Source: Octopus vulgaris
Taxonomy: Eukaryota
Assembly (NCBI GenBank): GCA_951406725.2
Contig: OX597830.1
Location: forward strand, 76,818,001-76,882,000
Direction of reading: 5' to 3'
Length of the DNA: 64,000 nt
Shown here: piece by piece, positions 54,471 through 64,000 of the stretch
Numbering within the stretch: position 1 is the first letter of the stretch
How the letters are laid out: each line of letters starts with the position of its first letter
Position numbers and translations under genes: made by a program
The notes under the pieces: model-generated
Told to the model about the DNA's origin: nothing
Seen by the model: the letters and a program-made list of their open reading frames with translations, nothing else
The model's database searches: none

Positions 54471-54536
54471 TATGCATGTCTGTCTATTTGTGTCACTACA
54501 TACTAATCGCTTGGTCTCTCTCTCTCTTTCTCTCTT

Positions 54537-54574
<38 letters not shown>

Positions 54575-54629
54575 CCTCTTTGACATTAAATTAGTACACA
54601 AAGAATGCTATATTGGATCAACGGCAAAA

Positions 54630-55455
54630 GTACTTCAGATATATAGAGTATTCACAATTGCGAGGACGATATGATCAGATGATTTCAACTCAAGTTAATA
54701 TCTTGATAGAATTATCACACGAAGAGGTAAGCATGGAAGAGATAAAAAATATATACATACAGAAATATCACATAAGTAGCAATTAAACAGAATACGATAT
54801 CAGATAAGTAGAAATATCACACTCGGGGCGGGGTACATCATTGAAATATAAATGGAAATATGACACAGGTGGCAATGAAACAGATGAAAAATATCACAAT
54901 AGCGGGAATATCACATGGTTGGCATATATTGCAGGCGAAAATATTATTGATGAATATATTGCAGCAATGGAAAATAACATAGAGGGACATATATTGGCGA
55001 ATATATCATATTGATGGCAATATCACATAGGTATATCACATTGATAGAAATATAGTGTAGATGGAAATATTCACAATGGTGGAAATATCACATGATGAAT
55101 ATATCACTTTGATGGCAAATATCATAGCAATGTTGGTATCATATAAATGAGAATAACACACAGACGGTAAGAAATAGATTGGTGGAAATATCACGTTGAT
55201 AATGACGTATAGATGACAAAGATCACGCTGAAGGAAATATCCACAGATGTTAATAGTATATTCATAGAAATATCACGTGGATGTTGATGTAAATATCGCA
55301 TTGATCGAAATATTGCTTCGATGGAAATATCGCAATGATAGAATGATCACACACAGGAATATCACATAGATGGCAATATCACAAAGAAGGTTAATATAAA
55401 ATAAATGGAAATATCCCATGGACAATGACTATATCACATAGATGAAAATATGATG
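54630..55455. repeat. Degenerate minisatellite, ~17-18-bp unit GATGGAAATATCACAT
   Basis: AATATCAC/GGAAATATC recurs throughout at short spacing. Confidence 0.75.
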
Positions 55456-55739
55456 ATGATGAAAAAGATTCCATCTTCAGGATGGTTTGTCGGTCAATTC
55501 ACACCTTTTATCACTCTGTCTGTGTGTCTTTCTCATGTGTACACACTCTCTTTTTCTCTCTCCTTATCTTTCTGTTTGCTTCTGATCTGCCATGTTATTT
55601 TCCTTGATACCATTTGAGTGGTGAGGATGCGAGGATGATGTACACGTATTAATTGCATGGTCCAGGATTCTGGATAGCAATAGAAACATATATAAATGGA
55701 ATCTTTAGTATTGTTAATTTTATGGGTGGTATGGATGGC

Positions 55740-56119
55740 ACAGAAGGCTAGATCAGTCCTTGACTTTGGATGGTTTGGTAGAATAGATCGACTTCTCTGC
55801 ATCATAGATGGTTTGAATGGTGTAGACCGGTTAGATTGCGGGATTGGTTCTCCATTTGGGAGGTTACACATAGACAGATGTATGTAGAGAAGATGGTACG
55901 TTTGGTAAAAATGCTTGGATCGCTCCACAACTTTGGATGGTATGGGTAAATGAAATTGGTTGCATCACAAATGGTGTAAATGTCATAAATTGCTGTTTCA
56001 TTTTTTGCGTCAGATGGTACGCATGTACGTACTACTTTATGTATGTATGTATGTTTGCATGTATGCATGTATGTATGTATATATGTATGTATGCATGTGT
56101 GTGCATGTATGTATGTACG

Positions 56120-56151
<32 letters not shown>

Positions 56152-56297
56152 TGTATGTATGTATGTATGTATGTATGTATGTATGTATGTGTGTGTGTAT
56201 GTATGTATGTATGTACGTATATGTGTGTCTGTATGTATGTATGTATGTATGCATGTATGTATGTATGTATGTATGTGTGTGCATGTATGTATGTACG

Positions 56298-56329
<32 letters not shown>

Positions 56330-56463
56330 TGTATGTATGTATGTATGTATGTATGTATGTGTGTGTGTATGTATGTATGTAGGTACGTATATGTGTGTAT
56401 GTATGTATGTATGTATGTATGTATGCATGTATGTATGTATGTATGTACGTATATGTGTGTATG

Positions 56464-56495
<32 letters not shown>

Positions 56496-56795
56496 GACAG
56501 ACAGACAGACAGATCAAAATGTCTGTCCAATAGATGGTATGTATGGCATATATGCCAAAAGCATTCCTCAAAATTAGACGGCATCCATCGAATCATAGAT
56601 TGCTTGTATGGTATATCTCCTTAGATCAGTCTTCATCTTCAGAATGGTATGGATGAAAATATCAAATCCTCTGTATCATAGTTGGTACGAATGGTATAGT
56701 TTCCTTGATCAATCCACTATTTCGGTATTATGGTATGGATGAATAGATCGAATTTTCCGTATCATTCATGGATGGTATAGATTCCTGGCTTAGTC
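55740..56795. repeat. Degenerate ~83-bp tandem repeat interrupted by a ~455-bp (TATG)n array (56038-56492)
   Basis: Anchor GATC/GATT at 55751, 55834, 55918 and at 56624, 56707; shared ATCATAG.TGGT..GAATGGT.TAG. Confidence 0.65.
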
Positions 56796-57369
56796 CTCAA
56801 CTTCGGATGTTATGACTCCACAAATAAATGGACCTCTGCTCCGGCTGGACTGCTTCTTCTTCTAATCTCATCTCATGTGCTGTTCTGTTCAGACAACGTT
56901 CTATTTCTGATATATTCCGTTGTTTCTTCGTCTCTTGACTACCGTTCTGGCCCTCTTCTTGGGTTGGGTCTGCAATGGTCTCTGGCAAGCTATCAAATAT
57001 TTCTTCGCTTCTTCTTCTTCTTCTTCTTCTTCTTCTTCTCCATCAGCATCTTCTTTTCCTTCTTTTTTTTTCTTCTTTTTCTCAAACAAACATTTCAAAA
57101 GAAGAAAAGAAAGGAAAAGAAATACAGAAATAACGAAGTAAAAAAAAAATAATAATAATAATAATAAACAAAACAAGAAATAAAAATAACCAATAAATAA
57201 ATGGTTTTGGCCCTAACCTGTCCCTACCACACCCTGAACTGGAAGAAGAAGAACAACACGATGAAGAAGAAAAAGAAGAAATGGTAAGGAAAGAAGTCGC
57301 TGGCAGTTTTGATTTATTCCTACCATTCTCGCTCTAACACGCTCCTTATATCGCCGGATAATAAATTTT

Positions 57370-57825
57370 CTTTCACTTTTTATTCCGTCTCTTTCAATTT
57401 CCCTTGTTCTTTTCTGTCTTTCCTTCCTTCTTTCTTTTCTTTATTGCTCTATTTTCTTTTTCTTTTTCCTACTTTTCTTTCTTTTCCTTTTCTTGGTTTC
57501 CTTTAGTTTGTCGTTCTTTCTGTCTTCCTATCCATCTTTCTTCTCTTATATTCTTCATCTTCCTCCATCCTTAGCATCTTTCTTGCCTTCTTTCTTTCTT
57601 GCTTTCTTTCGTTCTGTCTATTATGTCTGTTCTTCTTTCTTTCCTTTCTTTATTACCCATTATTTATCTCTTTCTGTCTTTTTTCTTCCATTACTTTTCT
57701 ACCTCTCTCTCTCTATCTCTCTCTGTCTTTCTTTTTCCTTCATTCTATCTACTTAACTATCTATCTATCTATCGTTCATTCTTTTTCTCTCTTCCTCTCT
57801 CCCTTTCTTTCTTCATTTATCTGTT

Positions 57826-57869
<44 letters not shown>

Positions 57870-57920
57870 TCCACACTGCTCTTCCTTCCCCCTCTCCTTT
57901 ACCCTCTCTACCTCCTTTTC
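57370..57920 (+). repeat. Polypyrimidine (CT-rich) tract
   Basis: Direct reading. Confidence 0.85.
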
Positions 57921-57944
57921 ATCTATTATTGGTTGATGTTGATG

Positions 57945-58032
<88 letters not shown>

Positions 58033-58512
58033 TATCATGATTTCTGTTGAAGCCATTGTCGTTATTATTGATGTCGATGGCAATGATGGTGTTGTTATTA
58101 TTGTTGATGTTTGCGTTATATATATATATTGCTTCTGTTTTTTTGTTGGTGTTTTTTTTTTGTAGTTGTTGCTCAAGTTCATATATTCTTGCTTTCTTTT
58201 TGTTTCGTTCCTTTTTGCCCATAAACATTATCCGTTCGCGTAGATCCTCACTTTTACCTCTCCCCCTTTTCTCTCCTTCTCTCTCTCTCTCCCAACCTCC
58301 CCTCCCCCTCTCTCTCTTTCTCACTCGCTTTGCCAACTCGCCACCTTCAGAGCAATTTCTACGTCTTTATTACTATCTTATCATTGTTGATGTTGCTATT
58401 GTTGATGTCGCTCTCTGTAGATATTTCATAGGTTGTTGCTGTCGTTGCGGTTGTTGTCATTGTCCTACTTGTATGTTCTTTTATATTCTATTTTCTCCAC
58501 CTGTCCTTCATA

Positions 58513-58553
<41 letters not shown>

Positions 58554-58863
58554 TATATACATACACACATTACGCATACACATGTGCAAACGCATGCAAA
58601 CACACATACATATATACAGGCATACATATACATATACATATACATACAATCTTTATATGTATATAATCTTAAGTAGGTACCTGTATGTGTGTGATTTTTG
58701 TGAGAGCTCATGTGTGCATCATTATACGTCATGTGTATGTGTTGGAGGATCTTCCAATATCGTTTGGGTGTGGATGCCAATGTGCTTCTGTGTACAGATA
58801 GGTGGTCTGTAGGTAAAGTGTACATCCATTCATGTACACATACATATATATGTATGTGTGTGA

Positions 58864-58951
<88 letters not shown>

Positions 58952-59141
58952 ATTACACACATACAAGTACAAATATATATTCACTCACATAAACATCCGC
59001 ACGCGCATGAACGCATGTGATTACGTATGTGTAAAGAAAAGTGTGCGTCTATGCGTCTATGTATATGTCTGTGTGTGTGTGTGTGCATCTATGTATATGT
59101 GTGTGTGAGTGTGTGTTTGTGTGTGCGCGCGTATATGTGCC

Positions 59142-59185
<44 letters not shown>

Positions 59186-59329
59186 TGTGTGTGTGTGTGT
59201 GGTGTTGGTTTTTGGAGCTTCTTGGATAACAAATGGTTAAGAGATGATCTATGAACGATAAACGGTTGAAGGAGAGAAGAAATATGGTGTGGACATGGAA
59301 CAGATGAAAAAGATACAGCTGAAGAGGAT

Positions 59330-59464
59330 TGGTGATAAAGGAGGAGAGAGAGATGACAGAGGGAGTAGGGAGAGTAGTAGAGAGAGAAAGTGAGGGAGAG
59401 AGAGAGGGGGTAAATATGCTAATGGTTGAATGAAAGGTGGATGCAGAGAATGGGTGATCGCCGA

Positions 59465-59496
<32 letters not shown>

Positions 59497-59542
59497 GATG
59501 AGAGTATCAGAGAGAGAGAGAGAGAGAAAGAGAGGATGAGAG

Positions 59543-59581
<39 letters not shown>

Positions 59582-60029
59582 TAGTATTCGAGAGAGAGAG
59601 AAGGAGAGAGTATTAGAAAGAGAGCGAAAGAGAGAAAGTGAGAGAGTATTAAAGAGAGAAAGAGAGAGTATTAAAGAGGTAGAAAGAAAGAGAGTATTAG
59701 AGAGAGAGAGAAAGAGAGAGGGTATTATAGAAAGTGTGTGTATGCGTGTGTGTGTTAGAGAGAGAGAGAGGGAGAGAGAGAAAGTAAGAATTTAATAGAG
59801 AGTGAAAGAGAGAGAACGTGAGAAATAGACGGAGAGAGAGAATGATATATTGATGGAGAAGGACAGATTTTAAGAGTTGTCAGACATGCATAGAGGGAGA
59901 AAGAGAGAGAAAGGGAATGATATATTGACGAAATGGCAAAAAGAGAGATTAAAGACAGAGAGAGATAGAGAGAGAGAGAGAGAGAAAAGTTAATGAGTGA
60001 GGAAGAGATAAATGAAGAGAAAGAGAGTT

Positions 60030-60068
<39 letters not shown>

Positions 60069-60725
60069 GAAAAAGAGTGAGTAAGTGAGTGAGTGAGAGA
60101 GATTGAGAAAGTGCACCATTGACGGAAGAAGAGAAAGAGAGAGGCTGAAATATTGATGGAGAGAGGTGGATATTAAAATGATTAAAGAAAGAGAGAAAAG
60201 GGAGAGATGGATGGGGAAAGAGAGAGGGAGAGATAAAGGGAGAAAGTGATATATTGATGGAGAGAAAGAAAGAAAGAAGTAAAGGAGGGGGAGATAGTTG
60301 AGGATGGAGAGAAGTTGATGGTTGATTGAGAAAGGGATGAAGAGAGAGTGAAGGCAATGGGAAGTTGGTGGAGAAAGTGTGAGAGAGAGATAAATAGAAG
60401 GGGGGAGACAGTGAGAGAGAGAGAGAGGGGAAGAAAGCAGAGAGCCAGAGAGAGAGAGAGAGAGAGAGGCTGAGGCTCCAAGAGGGAGAGAGGCGATGGA
60501 CAGAGGTAGAGAAAGCGAGAGAATGAAATATAGATAGACAGAAAGAAAGAGGGAGTGGTGGTCTAAGAAAGAGAAAGAAGGAGGGAGTGGTGGTCTAAGA
60601 AAGAGAAAGAAGAGAGGAAAGAAAACGTCATAGGGGTGGGGATGGGGAGAGAGAAAGTAAGACAGAGATCGATGAAGAAAATGTTAACGAGGGAAAATGA
60701 GAGAGTGAATGATGGATAGAAAGGG

Positions 60726-60766
<41 letters not shown>

Positions 60767-60900
60767 GAGGATTGGGTGGAACAAAAAAAGTGAGGAACAT
60801 AGAAAAATGGAAAATTTAGAAAGAGGTAATTACAAGACAAGAGGATGAGAGGGAAAGACAGAAAGGAATAGACATGAATGAGTGGATCAATAGGTCTGAG
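59330..60900 (+). repeat. ~1.6-kb polypurine (GA-rich) tract with short internal duplications
   Basis: Direct reading; for example GAGGGAGTGGTGGTCTAAGAAAGAGAAAGAAG is duplicated at ~60549-60612. Confidence 0.85.
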
Positions 60901-60905
60901 AGAAG

Positions 60906-61000
<95 letters not shown>

Positions 61001-61109
61001 GGACAGACGGATGGATGGATGGATGGATGGATGTATGGATGGATGGATGGATGGATGGATGGATAGATGGATGGATGGATGGATGGATGGATGGATGGAT
61101 GGATGGATG

Positions 61110-61186
<77 letters not shown>

Positions 61187-61348
61187 ATACACAGGTAGAT
61201 AGATAGATGGAGAGATGCAAATATAGACTTACAATTATTTCAAAGAGTATGAGTAAGAGAGAAGGTAAGACAGAGAGAGCGAAGGATCGCCGTAGCAACG
61301 TCCAGAAGAGAAAATGCAGGTTTTCTAAGAATAAGGTTACAAGTCAAA

Positions 61349-61393
<45 letters not shown>

Positions 61394-61855
61394 AATGATG
61401 GTGATGGTGGTGGTGATGGTGGGTGGTGGTGGTGGTGGTGGTGGTGGTGGCGGTGGTGGTGGCGGCGGCGTTAGTGCTCGTGGCCATGTGGATTGTTGTA
61501 GTGGTTGTTGGATGATGATGATGACGGCGAAAATGGGGGAGATGGTGATGGTAGTAGTAGTGGTACTGATGAAGATGATGATGACTACGAGGAAGAGGAT
61601 GACGATGATGCTGTTGTCGTTGGTGGCACCAGTGGCGGTCCTGATGGGGCAGGTACTGATAATAATCATCATCATTGTCATCATCGTCATCATCATCATA
61701 ATCTTCATCAGCATCATCATCATCGTTGTCGTTGTCGATGTTGTTATCATCATCATCATCGTCGTCGGCGTCGTCGTCGTCGACATCATCATCACCATCA
61801 TGATAATCGTTGCCGTCATTGTCATTATCATCATTATCATCAAGATCATCACCGT
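61349..61855. repeat. (GAT/GGT)n arm followed by a (CAT/CGT)n arm (quasi-palindrome)
   Basis: The triplet strand switches around 61620-61665. Confidence 0.8.
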
Positions 61856-62264
61856 AGCGATAAAACCGAAGGGAGAATTCTGGCAATGACAAATGTACGG
61901 TGAATATGACAAAAAATTCGTTAAGTACAAAAGAAATATATAAATAAACAAAAACATTACAAACGAAACAAACCAAACAAATTACATTATATAAAGAATA
62001 AAAACTATATATAAGAAAGAGAAGCTAAACGGAAATAGAACGAAGTAAAATGGCTGCCATATTCCTTCACCGCAACAATTAACAACAAACAACAAAAATA
62101 TATAAACCGTTTGAAGTAGAATGAATAAGAAAGTTAAACAAATAAAAAATAAATATACATACATATATATTTTTATATTACATCATATCATGTATATATA
62201 TATATATATATATATAACACACACACATATATATATATATATACATATACATATACATATGTAC

Positions 62265-62301
<37 letters not shown>

Positions 62302-62330
62302 CTATATCATATTTTATATACGTGTGTGTA

Positions 62331-62376
<46 letters not shown>

Positions 62377-62927
62377 CACATATGTACATGTATATATATA
62401 TGTGTGTATGTGTACTTATATATATATACATATATACAGATACAGCTACACACAGACACACACACACGTAAAAATGTGTAAAATTTATGGTCGGTGAAGC
62501 ATAAACGGTAATATGGAACTATGAATATTCCATAAAATATTGGCACGGAATAATATCGATTTCTGGCAACGATACAAGACCATACGTGATGGCTACACGC
62601 TTCCAATCGATTTTATTGACATCGTTATTTTCTCTGGTATTTATTTCATTTCAATCACCCATGAAAGGATAAAAGGCGAAAATGACTGTAAGCTGGATTC
62701 GAAATCAGAACTTAACGATAAAGAGCCGTAGCTAATTACCGCAGAGAAGTATATTCTTGCCGCTCTACAACTTTTGGCAAAACCACTGTCTGTTCTTGAA
62801 TGGACATTAAGAAAGAAGTTTGATTTGTCAGGAGATAAAAGAACAGTTGATAACAGATATCTCCCCCCATCTTTCTCTCTCTCTCTCTCCCTCTTTCACA
62901 CGCACAAGCAAATACATACATACATAC

Positions 62928-63150
62928 TATTTCTTTACTACCCACAAGGGGCTAAACACAGAGGGGGACGAACAAGGACAGAGAAACAGATTAAGTCGAT
63001 TATATCGACCCCAGTGCGTAACTGGTACTTATTTAATCGACCCCGAAAGGATGAAAGGCAAAGTCGACCTCGGCGGAATTTGAACTCAGGACGTAGCGAC
63101 AGACGAAATGCTGCTGAGCATTTCGCCCGGCATGCTAACGTTTCTGCCAG
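62928..63150 (-). mobile_element. SINE family B, tail type 1
   Basis: Identity to 30746-30978. Confidence 0.9.
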
Positions 63151-63244
63151 ATACATACATACATACATACATACATACATACATACATACATACATACAT
63201 ACATACATACATACATACATACATACATACGTACGTACGTACAG

Positions 63245-63365
63245 GTCGGTCACGACGACGAAGGTTGCAGCTGATCCAATCAACGGAACGAACATGCTCG
63301 TGAAATTAACGTGCAAGTGGTTGAGCATTCCACAGACACTTGTACCCTTAACGTAGTTCTCGGAG
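63245..63365 (+). repeat. Dispersed repeat family E fragment
   Basis: Homologous to 7721-7776. Confidence 0.55.
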
Positions 63366-63556
63366 GCCTCCTAATTCCTGCATAATATTGCAATTGTTTC
63401 ATTGATACTTAACCAAAAGAATTATTCTTGGAAGAATATTTTAAAATATACGATACCATGCACCGCAACAGTATTATTGTAGGTATACAGGAAAATGTTA
63501 AATCTCCAGTTATTTGTAGAAACCGATTATGTGTGTGAGAGAGAGTGAGTGTGTGT

Positions 63557-63599
<43 letters not shown>

Positions 63600-63614
63600 G
63601 GGAGAGTGTGTGTG

Positions 63615-63775
63615 TTTGTGGCTGTGTGGCAAGAAGGTTCTTTCCTGACTATATGGTTCCTGGTTCAGTCCCTCTGCGTGGCACTGTGGTTAAATATCTT
63701 CTACTATAGCCTCGGGTCGACCAATGTTTTGTGACTGGATTTGCCAGGCGGAAACTAAAAGAAGCCCGCCGTTCA
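63615..63775 (+). mobile_element. SINE family A, 5' half
   Basis: GTGGCTGTGTGG...GGTTCAGTCCC...GAAGCCCG. Confidence 0.8.
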
Positions 63776-63786
63776 TATATATATAT

Positions 63787-64000
63787 AGTTAATCCAAACA
63801 TGAAAACACAAAGAGAAAACACAACAACGCGAGGACGTGGAACAAGTATAGTATTATTTGACACTCAGGAAAGGAAAGAAAGAAGGAGGATTTAATGTTT
63901 CGAGTGGAGCTCCTCGTCAGAAACATGGGAAAAGGAAAGATCCAAGGAAGGGAAGACGGAGGAAAAAAATCGCCGACGATACACACGCGGTCACATTTTG
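63787..64000 (-). mobile_element. P3 element copy 2, inserted in the (TA)n of a family A SINE
   Basis: Homologous to 50453-50670. Confidence 0.75.
63890..63924 (-). ncRNA. Putative minimal type I hammerhead ribozyme (canonical CUGACGA core)
   Basis: Minus strand GTTT-CTGACGA-G-GAGC tcc ACTC-GAA-ACAT-T-AAAT; stems II and III carry CpG-type mutations. Confidence 0.5.

Noticed and set aside
54630-55455. CRISPR-like repeat/spacer array
   Set aside because: Repeats are short and degenerate, there are no unique spacers or cas genes, and the context is eukaryotic.
55740-56795. C2H2 zinc-finger array (84-bp period) or reflectin gene
   Set aside because: No CxxC/HxxxH/TGEKP pattern and no MD(X)5MD motifs; frames are interrupted.

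Overview
Eukaryotic, AT-rich, microsatellite-saturated non-coding DNA. The three interspersed tRNA-headed SINE families and the (TA)n/(CA)n/(TAGA)n/(TATG)n load resemble an Octopus (coleoid cephalopod) genome; this is inferred from recalled repeat families, not from a database search. I cannot support any host protein-coding gene, and nearly all ORFs in the track are microsatellite translations. Real coding relics are three non-LTR retrotransposon fragments: a Tx1/L1-like zf-RVT end (~1.75-2.59 kb), a decayed CR1-like APE/tether region (~37.3-38.9 kb), and a stop-free R4/Dong restriction-like endonuclease end sitting in (TAA)n (~48.7-49.1 kb). There are also two Helitron-like non-autonomous elements and a CpG-rich MITE with 84-bp TIRs and a 6-bp TSD. 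The most interesting signal is a set of small non-coding elements inserted in (TA)n tracts that carry Penelope-type minimal hammerhead-ribozyme motifs; one family has a consistent non-canonical core (CUGUNGA plus an extra A). Other leads are SINE tail swapping, a SINE-head/LINE chimera, TAA-targeted elements, and an ~8-kb SINE-free block (54.5-62.5 kb) with self-complementary simple-repeat architecture. Boundaries of decayed repeats are approximate.
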